A stretch of 64,000 nucleotides of DNA from a virus. The position numbers and the translations under genes are program-made. The notes beneath the pieces were generated by a model. The model was not told where the DNA came from, did no database searches, and saw only the letters and a list, made by a program, of their open reading frames with translations. Positions 24,878-34,349 of the stretch are shown piece after piece. The stretch covers positions 1 to 64,000 of the IMG/VR virus record IMGVR_UViG_3300045970_000065; one strand, 5' to 3'. Numbering within the stretch: position 1 is the stretch's first letter; each line of letters begins with the position of its first letter.

Positions 24878-25104
24878 TGGAGTACTTCAAGAGGCTAACT
24901 AACGCAGATTGCCCCGAAAGTCCTACTGATTTTATATTCATAATTGGTAGCCTTTCACTATTAAGCCTTCAAGTATATGCCACAATATGCTCTAAAAATA
25001 TACCTTTCTTCGATGCGATGTTAATTGCATTAGGAGGCTATAAGAGTATAAAGATAGGAGCTGATTGGCAGAAGGCGAAAGCTAAGGAGAAAGAAAGTGT
25101 ATGA
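24874..25104 (+). CDS. Holin candidate (two TM, charged C-terminus)
   Basis: FIFIIGSLSLLSLQVYATI and FFDAMLIALGGY hydrophobic spans, then KAKAKEKESV; directly upstream of the spanins. Confidence 0.45.
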   Translation: MMEYFKRLTNADCPESPTDFIFIIGSLSLLSLQVYATICSKNIPFFDAMLIALGGYKSIKIGADWQKAKAKEKESV

Positions 25105-25439
25105 TAGCTTATCTCCAGCAGTATGTCCTTTACATTCTTGGAGGGGTAATTGTGCTTCTCCTCATATTTGGCGGTGTTCAGACTGTACGTCTAAAGCTTG
25201 CCGTAGCGACGTCGACTGCTGCCCAAGCAGAGAACAAAGCTCTTACTTCCCAAATGTATACCCAGAACCAATCTGTAAAATTGCTGGTATCTAAAGGTGA
25301 AGAACAGAATATGAAAATAGAAGAGATATGGGCAAAGTTGAAAATCAAACCAAAAGTAATTTACAAAGACGCGCCTAAAGATTGTGAGGGTGCGGCTCAA
25401 TGGGCTCTCGATATGATCCCAAAACTAGGTGTACAATGA
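25101..25439 (+). CDS. i-spanin (Rz-like)
   Basis: N-terminal TM YVLYILGGVIVLLLIFGG followed by a coiled-coil-prone periplasmic domain; stop overlaps the o-spanin start. Confidence 0.7.
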   Translation: MIAYLQQYVLYILGGVIVLLLIFGGVQTVRLKLAVATSTAAQAENKALTSQMYTQNQSVKLLVSKGEEQNMKIEEIWAKLKIKPKVIYKDAPKDCEGAAQWALDMIPKLGVQ

Positions 25440-25693
25440 AATATCTCGTTATTATACTTTTGTTGTCGGGCTGTTGCAAGGTTTGCGATCCAGTTATTAT
25501 CCCAACACCGATTGCCTGCCCTCCACCTCCAGTCATTATTCCCCCCGAATTGAGTATTTACTCTCTAAAGAAGCCTGCCACAGGTTCTGAAATAATTACA
25601 GCATTTGTGAATGATTTAGATGCTATGATTATCTACTCCAAACTCCTGGAAGGTGTTATTTTGGGATACAAAAAAGGAAGTGAGGTTAAATAA
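25436..25693 (+). CDS. o-spanin (Rz1-like outer-membrane lipoprotein)
   Basis: ATG 25436 (ATGA overlap); MKYLVIILLLSGC lipobox; Pro-rich PVIIPTPIACPPPPVIIPPE. Confidence 0.75.
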   Translation: MKYLVIILLLSGCCKVCDPVIIPTPIACPPPPVIIPPELSIYSLKKPATGSEIITAFVNDLDAMIIYSKLLEGVILGYKKGSEVK

Positions 25694-25897
25694 ATGAACA
25701 ATCTATTAAATCCGCCCGTTGCACCACCAGTCGAGGAATCTCTTGACAAGTCCGTCAGAACAGTGAGCGATAGAAATCCTTCAAATTGGGATATCGCCCT
25801 GGATAAAAATACTGGGGATGTAACCGCCACTAATTTCTATACGAAAGAAATCTTCAAAGGCCACATGGATGAATTCAATGCTGCAATGAGAGGTTAA
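25694..25897 (+). CDS. Hypothetical protein
   Basis: ORF track, 67 aa. Confidence 0.5.
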   Translation: MNNLLNPPVAPPVEESLDKSVRTVSDRNPSNWDIALDKNTGDVTATNFYTKEIFKGHMDEFNAAMRG

Positions 25898-25899
25898 TC

Positions 25900-27528
25900 A
25901 TGGCCATCGTTAATGCCGCACAGGCTGTTGTTAAAACAGTAGCTGATCCTAATGCTGCATACGAGACATTAAAGCCTGTATGGAAACGATGCAGAGCAGT
26001 CTGTAGCGGTGAAAAGTATGTAAAAGACTTGGATTCCGTAATCGATGTATTCGAGTTTAAAAATCTACTTATTCCTTTTTCACCTACTATGTCTCAGAAT
26101 CAGTACGAGTTTTACAAGGCCGAAGCTGAATTGCCAGGTATTACTGCGCAATTTTCAAAAATGCTTATCGGTGGTCTGTTGCGAAAACAACCTATTCTCA
26201 AATTTCCAGAAGAGGTTCCTGAAGAAGTAAATAATTGGATAGTTAATGAATTTGGTGCTGATGATTCTTCCTTGTTAGCTTTCCTAGATGAAGCCCTTTG
26301 GGAAGAGATTCAGACTTCACGTGCATGGGTCTTTGTTGACTTTCCAGCTATTAGTGATCCTGATACACTGGACCCTGAAGAAGCTGATAAACTAAAACCT
26401 TATCCTATTTTGTATAAGGCCGAAGAGATTATTAACTGGAGAACAAATACTTCCGATCACGGTAAGAGTCAACTAACACAGGTTATCGTAAAAGGTTTTG
26501 AAGAATCTTATGAACAGAATGAATTCCATCCAACTTTCAAAGAGACCGTATGGGTTCATGAGCTTGACCCAGCAGGCAAGTATCAAATTCGAAAGTTTCA
26601 AGTCTCAGCTCCAGCTACTTCAGTAGGTGTATTAATAGGTACAGTACAACAGACCAATACTAAAGCCAGATTTGAGGAAGTAGAGTTAATTAATAACATT
26701 CATGTTCTTGGGGAACGGCTTACATTCATTCCTGCTTGGCCTCTGAATGGCCGTATCGAACTATGTGAACCATTCATGAGTAATATTGTTGATAAAGAAG
26801 TTGGATTGTATAATAAAATCAGTCGGCGAAATCATTTACTTTATGGCGCTGCAACATATACACCATACATAGCATCGGATATGGGACAGGCTGCATTCGA
26901 ACAGATTGTGGATGGCGGTCTAGGAAGTTGGTTTCATCTAGCTAAAGGTGAAACAGCAGATATTCTTAAGACGCCTACTGAAGCATTGGCAGATTACGCA
27001 GTATCTATTGCCGCTAGCATTGAGGAGATGGCTAAATTAGGTATCAGAATGCTGACACCTGAGACAGCGCAATCTGGTGTAGCTTTGGAAATCAGGAATG
27101 CCTCTCAGACTGCGCAGTTAGGCACTTTGAATACTCGCGTATGTAACACTATGCGCCAAGTAATAGCCTTTATGGTCGGTTGGAAATTCGGTATTGCTGT
27201 AGATCCTTCGACTATAACACTGATTCTCTCTGAAGATTTCAATCCTGCACCTCTTGGTGACACTTGGCTGCGCCTTGCTACTGAATGGTATCAGGCATCA
27301 CTTATTCCACGTTCTGCTTGGCTTCGTTTACTTAAACAGAATGAGATGCTTGCTTCTGATTATGATGATGAAGCAGCTCAGGAAGAGTTGAATAATGATG
27401 AATCTATTATGGCTCAGAAACAGAACGAGCAGTATACGCTTGATATAGAACAACAGAAAGTAGCTTTGCAGCAGCAAAAAGATAATCCTCCGCAGAATAA
27501 TAAACCACCTGCAAAGAAGGAGAAGTAG
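25900..27528 (+). CDS. Portal protein (positional and size-based)
   Basis: 542 aa; immediately upstream of a MuF/gp7-domain gene (canonical portal-MuF order as in SPP1 and Mu); acidic/Gln-rich C-terminus. Confidence 0.65.
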   Translation: MAIVNAAQAVVKTVADPNAAYETLKPVWKRCRAVCSGEKYVKDLDSVIDVFEFKNLLIPFSPTMSQNQYEFYKAEAELPGITAQFSKMLIGGLLRKQPILKFPEEVPEEVNNWIVNEFGADDSSLLAFLDEALWEEIQTSRAWVFVDFPAISDPDTLDPEEADKLKPYPILYKAEEIINWRTNTSDHGKSQLTQVIVKGFEESYEQNEFHPTFKETVWVHELDPAGKYQIRKFQVSAPATSVGVLIGTVQQTNTKARFEEVELINNIHVLGERLTFIPAWPLNGRIELCEPFMSNIVDKEVGLYNKISRRNHLLYGAATYTPYIASDMGQAAFEQIVDGGLGSWFHLAKGETADILKTPTEALADYAVSIAASIEEMAKLGIRMLTPETAQSGVALEIRNASQTAQLGTLNTRVCNTMRQVIAFMVGWKFGIAVDPSTITLILSEDFNPAPLGDTWLRLATEWYQASLIPRSAWLRLLKQNEMLASDYDDEAAQEELNNDESIMAQKQNEQYTLDIEQQKVALQQQKDNPPQNNKPPAKKEK

Positions 27529-27567
27529 TCATGGCGAAGTGTAAGCGAAAGAAGAAGTGAGGAATAA

Positions 27568-30500
27568 ATGGATATCAATACCAACACTCAGTTATATGAC
27601 AAAGCGGTCGATAGGACTGCAATGGTGAGATTGTATGAGAGACGTGTAAACGGCAAAATCGAATTGGTTATAGATGATCACGTAGTTAGAGTTGATCAAT
27701 TGATAAGAGAAGCTAAAGCGTCCCCTCAAGGTTTCGAAAGACTGAGAGAGGCTATTGATATTGACTTAAGGAAAACGTTTGGGGAGTCATTTCAGATCTC
27801 CAAACGTTCCTTACTCGATTTAGCAAGTGATCAGTTATCGTATGGTGTTCAAAATATAGAAGCCGCGGCTTCACATGTTTGGAGACCTAAAAGCCCACAA
27901 CGAAAAATTCTTGAGACAATTGTTCTTGAGAAACCATTATATAAAGATGTAGCATTAGAACAGGGTTGGAGTAATATCGCCGTATCTGAGAAAAAGAGAT
28001 TAGAAGGTGTAATGCGAAAAGGGATGGCAGAAGGTAAGACGTTAGAGGATATAGCGTTAGCTGTACGTACGGGTAATGTACATGCTATAACACGATTACA
28101 AGCACGAGGATTAGTAATTACAGCTATTACTAGTGTTACTAATCAAGTTGATCAAGCCACTTATATGGCTAATGAGCAGTTATTGAGTGGTTGGCAATAT
28201 GTTGCAGTATTAGACTCTAGAACCACTGCATTATGTGCACATCGTGATGGTACAATATATCCTGTCAATGATACACTACACTTACCACCTGCTCATTTTC
28301 ATTGTCGTTCAACTACGGTTCCTATTGTAAAATCATGGAACGATCTTTCCAAACTCGAAAGTGTAGCTGAGATTCGTAAACGCAATCTTACTAAACTGAG
28401 TCCGAAGCAAATAGCTGCTTTAGACGGTCAAACACCATTACGAGAGACATACGACACATGGTTACGAAGACAACCTCAAGATGTTCAATTAAAACATATC
28501 GGTGATTATAAGAAATTACAATTGTTTCAAGATAATCAATTGACATTAGACAAGTTTACCAATGATGCTGGTAATTCTGTGGGCATAAAAGAGTTGCGAA
28601 CATTAACAGGATTTACGGCACCAAGTGATACTGCTCGTTTTGCAATGGCACGTGAAAAATTGGATGCCATGAAATTATGGGCTACGACACCTGATGACTT
28701 TATTAATGATATAGCGCTTCGTAATACATTGCAAGAATATTACTATTTACAATCTACTGATTTAAATGGTACGTTGTCTCTAACCAACTATAGAGGTGCA
28801 CTAATAAGCACTAAGAAGATGACTAAGAATCGTGTATTTGCAATGCCACCTCGTGAAGATCAGCTAGTCTTCAATCCAATAACAGGACATTACGACGATG
28901 TGCGTCTTTATCAACCAAACTTTGCTGTTCATTCCAATAATATGCGCTTGGTAGAAGAGAGTAAAATTTTGTTAGATAGAGATAAAGCTTTCATAAAGAG
29001 TATGGATGAAAGTCTTAAAGACCGTATGAGTGTAAATGAACGTGCAGTAATACTCGACAATCTTCGTATAACATTTGGACGAGCACGCGAGAATAATGAT
29101 ATATGGACCAATTTCAAAGCCGTATCACAAGGTCAGATTAAGTTTGATGTAATGAACGTATCTGACTCAATCGAGACACAACTTCGAAAGGATAAAGATC
29201 TATTAAAAAGATTACAGAATAATAATTATCTAGATCCTGTTCTTGGTCCAGTCCAACTAGATGAAATGCATGACCAATTCTTGGATAATATTCGAGAGAA
29301 GAATCTTTGGGAAGATAGAACTGCCCCTCAGATAGCTAAAGAACTTCATGGGATTTTTAATGGTTATTTTAATACTGATGCACCATTAATAATTCGAAAG
29401 AGGATAACTAATAGTGATCTTCAACAATTTTATCTTCGTTTTGCACAACGTTTAAGTCTTGCTGATATGCCTGATAGAGATCAGTTTGCTGTAGCACTAG
29501 GACGTGATTTGTATAATGCTGCAAATATTAACGGCGATAGAAAGTCTTGGTTTAAACTTGGAACAGAATTGTTAGAGAATCCAAAATCTAAAAAGTTCTT
29601 TGAGATTGAGACTTATGGTGTACAAAAACGTAGAATGAAGAGTAGATTGAGTAATAATTACTTTGGTCCTTATTATGATACGCTCTCATATAATATCAGA
29701 GTAACAGATCCACGCATTGTTAAATATGCCCAACTAACGCGTAAGGTAGAACTAGGACTACGTGTAGCTGTTGTTGATGATGCCAATCGTTTAGTGATCA
29801 GAGAGGGTTATAAAACGTATTGGATAAAGAATAAATTAACATACACAGATACTCGAATACCAATTACATCTACAAGCTCATTCTCTGATTTTCCAGAGGA
29901 ACTTATTGATGCTAATATGGTCAAAGCATTGAATTGGGCAGCAAATACCAAGTATCGCGTTGATGATGATTTCTATAACTTTACTAAAAAGCTCTTATAC
30001 TTTACTGATGATAAAGGTAAGGCAGATTACTATAACGGTTTAAATACTTATCGTAAATACATTGTATCGCGTGGTGATGCTTATGAACGTTTTAAAGCTA
30101 TGGAGTGGTTACAGAAAGATGGTAAATCTTTTAGCAATCATCCTTTTGTGGATCATCGTGCACGAATTTATGATAGAGGATTAATCAGTCCACAATCAGG
30201 AGAAACCTTCAGACCTTTTCTGAATACAGAAGCAGAGAAAAATCTCGGTGTAAATGGATATCACAATCTGCAAGATCAAATAGGAGCATTCCTAGGAGGC
30301 TTAAGTGATACTTTCGAATCGCGGTATAATGGGTTATCAGTTACTGGAAGGCAGAAGATCGCTGAGAAATGGCGTCCAGAGCTGGTTAAAATCGGTAATC
30401 AAATGTTGCGAGCGAAACCTGCTGATATTCGAAATATACTGGAAAACGAAATTGTGGCCCAAGTGGACGGGGAGGATTTGGGGAAGTTCTTAAGGTTTGC

Positions 30501-32271
30501 TATAGAGCAAGCTAAGATAGACAACTATTTAGTTGGTGATTATAAAAATCTAAAAGCCCTAAATAACTATAAAACAGCCCTTGCAATGGAACAAGATGCG
30601 TCCTCTTCTGGTGCACAGATAATTGCTCTTACTACAAAGAATAAGCAACTTGCTGAAATGAGTAACGTATTACAAACCACTCAAAAACGAAGACTATATG
30701 ATGAGATAGCTGCAGCTACCTTCAATGATCCTCGTTTTAAGATATTGAACGAGAAATTAGGTTTGAATGAAAAAGATCTACGGAAGGCAGCTAAGGCTCA
30801 GAATATGGTTACATTCTATGGTGCAGGTGAAAGGACAGGTACTCTCAATGTTGAAGGAAAATTGGCAAAAGTTCTTAACAAAGATACGAACACTTTGGTC
30901 GTCACTGCGTCTGAGCGTGAAACTGTACTTAATGAGATAAGTGCTAGAATTGCACGTTATGAAAAGTTCGACACTGAGACAGCAGACGAGCTTAGAGTGT
31001 TACGTAATAACGTTAAAGATATATTCAATAAAGGTCTTGATCCTGGTGATGATATAATGGATCAGCTTTATTTTCTAGATCCTAAGACACGTGATCTGGT
31101 TAATAAGATGACGATGTCTTATGATAAGATTGTTACACCTCAAGACTTCAAGGATATAGCTAGTATAATGAGTGAACACTTGGCTGAGGAAGTACCTATC
31201 CTAAAAGATTTTACAAAATTCTTTGGAAGACTAGCTGAGGACTTTCTAAAGAACGCGAAGCCTTCTACTGCTGCTTTTGATTGGAAAGCTGTCGCGAAGA
31301 CAGCTGTGTTAGGTACTAAGCGAACTAAAGATACCAAGAAAATGGCGAGTGTACGGGATAAGCGTTATACATTGCCTGATTGGGCCAGTAGAATACTCGG
31401 TTTGAAAGCTAAAGAGCCTGTCAGAGAAAAGATACTTAAAAGTTTTGGTTTCTGGAACCCTAAAGGTACACTTGCTTCATTGATTAATGGTGTCGAAGCT
31501 CCAGAAGCAAGGCGAATGGGTGCTAAGTACCTAAAGGCTGGTTATTTAAAACCTACATTCGAAATGAAGGACGGCAAGATAACGCTTATCAAGGAAGTCA
31601 AACCTGCTCAAATACAGTTACTTTATGCTAATAAATTGCCTAAGAGTTGGACAAATGTGCCATGGGTTAATTTTGACGGCAAGATACTAGAGCAAAATTT
31701 TACTCAAGTCTTTGAAGAACGCTTAGCGTATAAAGATGCTAATGGTAATTGGATCAATAACATTCTACAAGTGCCTCAGAAGACAGAAGCTTCTTGGTGG
31801 GAACAGGTGATCAATGACGATGGTAAGATTAATGACATAGCTGATTCTGGAAAAGCAAGAACAGCTTTTGCCGTTAATGGTAATCATTCGAATGATGCCG
31901 TAATTGTAAAGAGATTTCATATGTGGGGTGCCGATAACAATATTCCCACTTCAACAATTCATGATGCTTTCTTCACAAATATTGCAGATATGTTGCAAGG
32001 CAGAGAAGCTCTTAGAGACATCTATGCCGAGACGCTTAAACAGAATGTGGTATTAAATGTACTTAATGAAATGAAAGCCAGAGGATTACCAGAAGAACTA
32101 TATCAGAAATATCTTGAAGAAGCAATTGATAAGGGTCTTATGCCCATTGCAGGTAAATCAAAGATAGGTGGCAAGATAGTTACCGAAGATGATATCTTAA
32201 AACCGAAAGACCTGCTGAAAGCAATTCCTCAAGACTTCAAACAAGATCTTTACTGGTATGGTGTTGGCTAG
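27568..32271 (+). CDS. MuF / SPP1 gp7-like head-morphogenesis domain fused to a T7-like single-subunit RNA polymerase domain (virion RNAP candidate)
   Basis: MuF signature WQYVAVLDSRTTALCAHRDGTIYPVNDTLHLPPAHFHCRSTTVPIV (28192..28329). RNAP motifs in order: FVDHRARIYDRGLISPQSGE (30145..), motif A EQDASSSGAQ (Asp 30595..30597), motif B RKAAKAQNMVTFYG (30781..), NGNHSNDA (His 31885..), motif C TIHDAFF (31960..31965). Confidence 0.8.
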   Translation: MDINTNTQLYDKAVDRTAMVRLYERRVNGKIELVIDDHVVRVDQLIREAKASPQGFERLREAIDIDLRKTFGESFQISKRSLLDLASDQLSYGVQNIEAAASHVWRPKSPQRKILETIVLEKPLYKDVALEQGWSNIAVSEKKRLEGVMRKGMAEGKTLEDIALAVRTGNVHAITRLQARGLVITAITSVTNQVDQATYMANEQLLSGWQYVAVLDSRTTALCAHRDGTIYPVNDTLHLPPAHFHCRSTTVPIVKSWNDLSKLESVAEIRKRNLTKLSPKQIAALDGQTPLRETYDTWLRRQPQDVQLKHIGDYKKLQLFQDNQLTLDKFTNDAGNSVGIKELRTLTGFTAPSDTARFAMAREKLDAMKLWATTPDDFINDIALRNTLQEYYYLQSTDLNGTLSLTNYRGALISTKKMTKNRVFAMPPREDQLVFNPITGHYDDVRLYQPNFAVHSNNMRLVEESKILLDRDKAFIKSMDESLKDRMSVNERAVILDNLRITFGRARENNDIWTNFKAVSQGQIKFDVMNVSDSIETQLRKDKDLLKRLQNNNYLDPVLGPVQLDEMHDQFLDNIREKNLWEDRTAPQIAKELHGIFNGYFNTDAPLIIRKRITNSDLQQFYLRFAQRLSLADMPDRDQFAVALGRDLYNAANINGDRKSWFKLGTELLENPKSKKFFEIETYGVQKRRMKSRLSNNYFGPYYDTLSYNIRVTDPRIVKYAQLTRKVELGLRVAVVDDANRLVIREGYKTYWIKNKLTYTDTRIPITSTSSFSDFPEELIDANMVKALNWAANTKYRVDDDFYNFTKKLLYFTDDKGKADYYNGLNTYRKYIVSRGDAYERFKAMEWLQKDGKSFSNHPFVDHRARIYDRGLISPQSGETFRPFLNTEAEKNLGVNGYHNLQDQIGAFLGGLSDTFESRYNGLSVTGRQKIAEKWRPELVKIGNQMLRAKPADIRNILENEIVAQVDGEDLGKFLRFAIEQAKIDNYLVGDYKNLKALNNYKTALAMEQDASSSGAQIIALTTKNKQLAEMSNVLQTTQKRRLYDEIAAATFNDPRFKILNEKLGLNEKDLRKAAKAQNMVTFYGAGERTGTLNVEGKLAKVLNKDTNTLVVTASERETVLNEISARIARYEKFDTETADELRVLRNNVKDIFNKGLDPGDDIMDQLYFLDPKTRDLVNKMTMSYDKIVTPQDFKDIASIMSEHLAEEVPILKDFTKFFGRLAEDFLKNAKPSTAAFDWKAVAKTAVLGTKRTKDTKKMASVRDKRYTLPDWASRILGLKAKEPVREKILKSFGFWNPKGTLASLINGVEAPEARRMGAKYLKAGYLKPTFEMKDGKITLIKEVKPAQIQLLYANKLPKSWTNVPWVNFDGKILEQNFTQVFEERLAYKDANGNWINNILQVPQKTEASWWEQVINDDGKINDIADSGKARTAFAVNGNHSNDAVIVKRFHMWGADNNIPTSTIHDAFFTNIADMLQGREALRDIYAETLKQNVVLNVLNEMKARGLPEELYQKYLEEAIDKGLMPIAGKSKIGGKIVTEDDILKPKDLLKAIPQDFKQDLYWYGVG

Positions 32272-32276
32272 GACTG

Positions 32277-32294
32277 AAACCGTTAAATTAACCC
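32277..32294 (+). promoter_or_regulatory. Phage-RNAP promoter candidate upstream of scaffold and capsid genes
   Basis: AAACCGTTAAATTAACCC, 6 nt after the upstream stop; followed at once by hairpin CCACGG-TATAAACG-CCGTGG (32293..32312). Confidence 0.6.
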
Positions 32295-32373
32295 ACGGTA
32301 TAAACGCCGTGGAATCATTCTCAGGTAAGATTGTATCTATACCTGTACGGGTTGTACCCGAAAGGATATTAAA

Positions 32374-33093
32374 ATGGCATTAACTGCAGAAGAAATTGCG
32401 GCGAAAGAGTTGGAGATTACGCAGAAGGAACAGGAACTTCTTGAAAAAGAGAAGGCATTCTTAGAGCGCACTGCGGGCACTGAGGATGAGAAAGTAAAGA
32501 AGGCAGCGCAAGCTCTTGTTGACGAGCAATTGAAGGATGTCAAAACGAAGCTTGATGAAGCCTATGCCAAACGTGATGCTGCTCAGAAGGCTCTTGCTGA
32601 GAAAGAGGAGAAAGATCGTGAGGCGGCCATTCAGCGAATGAAGGATGAGGGCAAGCATAAGGAAGCCCATGAAGCTGAACTTGCTGATGAAAAGGCCAAG
32701 AGAGTGGCATTAGAGCGACGCAATGTTGAACTCACGAGAGACATTGAGGTCCGTAGTGCTTTGAGCAATCCTACAGGTGATTCTACACCTAAAGTCTTCA
32801 GAAGTGAAAATGCACTCGAGATGGCGTTTAAGGAAATTGTAGGTGATCTTGTAAAAGATGAGACAGGCATATGGCGACATAAGTCTGGTGTGTCAATTAG
32901 GGATTATGTTAAAGTTTTCAGTGAAAACGAGGCGAATTCCTTCTTGTTTAAAAGTAACACATCGTCTGGAGCTGGTAATACAGGTGGTAAAAGTACTGGT
33001 GGTACTAGCAGTGGTGCAGTTAAATCCCTGTTCGATCTACCACAATCTGAAGTGTTGAAAATGGCAGCTGCAGGTAAATTTAATAGAAAATAA
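32374..33093 (+). CDS. Scaffolding protein
   Basis: 239 aa, Glu/Lys/Ala-rich coiled coil; directly upstream of the capsid gene; G+C-rich codon usage. Confidence 0.7.
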   Translation: MALTAEEIAAKELEITQKEQELLEKEKAFLERTAGTEDEKVKKAAQALVDEQLKDVKTKLDEAYAKRDAAQKALAEKEEKDREAAIQRMKDEGKHKEAHEAELADEKAKRVALERRNVELTRDIEVRSALSNPTGDSTPKVFRSENALEMAFKEIVGDLVKDETGIWRHKSGVSIRDYVKVFSENEANSFLFKSNTSSGAGNTGGKSTGGTSSGAVKSLFDLPQSEVLKMAAAGKFNRK

Positions 33094-33105
33094 GGATAAT
33101 ATACA

Positions 33106-34338
33106 ATGGGAATGACATCCGCAAACAATCTCTCTACATGGACCGGAACTCAAGACGCTCCTCCTAATGTCGATGTTCTCCAGAATGCCATCACCGGTTA
33201 CTCTGATGAGGCATATACGACTGCGAAGAAACTCTCGAGCACTGCAATCGTCGGTGGAAATCCGAATATCGATACCAATACCGAAACCTTCATTGGTCAG
33301 GTTCGTTGGTATAAACCTCTTAATCCTTACGTCAATGTGGCTTCACTCACAGACAAAACTCCTGGAACGAAAACCAACTACTCCAGCGATTTTCTGAATT
33401 ACATCAAAACCGTTCGTACGCATGGCGCCGAGAAAGTCAATATGACCGAGGTTGTAACTCGGGTTGATGGTCTTGCTAAGGTTGGTCGTGACTTTGGTCA
33501 GACTCGTGCAATGGATGAGCACAATGCTATCCTTTCCGTTCTCAAAGGTGTTGCAATCTCTGAAGCAATCGTTGGTGCGGTAACTGGCGGAGCTGGTGGA
33601 CAGACCTGGAGCAATCTCCCGGAAAGTACCACGAATGGTTTCTATGTTGATCTTGGATCCAGCAAGATTATCTCTGGTCCTGGTCTGAATCCTGCAGGCG
33701 CAGCCAATCTTGCGTATCTTGGTGCAGCTCGTGCTGAAGGTTTTCTGGAAGCCTTTGGAAAAGCATACAAGGATTATGAGCCTGAGTATGCGTACCTGAT
33801 TACCTCTCCGTCTACCCTGATGTCTCTTCGTTCGGCAAATCTTGTTGACGAACAGGGTGTTGTCGATGGTAATATCAATTTCAGTACTATCTTTGGCGGA
33901 AAATTCCGTCTGCTTCAGACGCGTGAATCCATGGGTCTTTCTTCTGCTCAGTTCACTGCAATCAATGCAGCCGGAACTGGAACAGATATCGCCACCACTC
34001 AGAACACCACGTTCATTGTTCTTCCGGGCGCCCTTGCTCTTGAACAACTCGCTGTTCCTGATCAGACTGAAATTACCCGCGATGGTAATGCTTTCAAAGG
34101 CGGCGGGATTACGTCCATCTGGTATCGTTGGGGTTACGTTCTTGCTCCTGCAGGATACAACTGGGCCGGTTCTCAGACCGACTTCCCTGATAACGCAGGT
34201 TATATGGCTGTTTGGGATACTACTGCAACGGCTGGTTGGGAAGCTCTCACGGCGGCTACTACTCCGAGCAAAGGTGTATGGGAACGTAAGGCTTCCTCTG
34301 TTCTCAGTCTTGGCATCCTTCCGGTGTTTCACGCCTAA
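33106..34338 (+). CDS. Major capsid protein
   Basis: 410 aa; follows scaffold; strongest codon bias in the window (also creates a spurious 329-aa antisense ORF). Confidence 0.75.
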   Translation: MGMTSANNLSTWTGTQDAPPNVDVLQNAITGYSDEAYTTAKKLSSTAIVGGNPNIDTNTETFIGQVRWYKPLNPYVNVASLTDKTPGTKTNYSSDFLNYIKTVRTHGAEKVNMTEVVTRVDGLAKVGRDFGQTRAMDEHNAILSVLKGVAISEAIVGAVTGGAGGQTWSNLPESTTNGFYVDLGSSKIISGPGLNPAGAANLAYLGAARAEGFLEAFGKAYKDYEPEYAYLITSPSTLMSLRSANLVDEQGVVDGNINFSTIFGGKFRLLQTRESMGLSSAQFTAINAAGTGTDIATTQNTTFIVLPGALALEQLAVPDQTEITRDGNAFKGGGITSIWYRWGYVLAPAGYNWAGSQTDFPDNAGYMAVWDTTATAGWEALTAATTPSKGVWERKASSVLSLGILPVFHA

Positions 34339-34349
34339 GGAGAATTGTC

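Noticed and set aside
33343-34332. 329-aa ORF on the minus strand covering the capsid gene
   Set aside because: It is exactly antisense to the strongly codon-biased major capsid ORF and has no RBS. Every other credible gene is on +. Long antisense ORFs are expected opposite GC3-rich genes.
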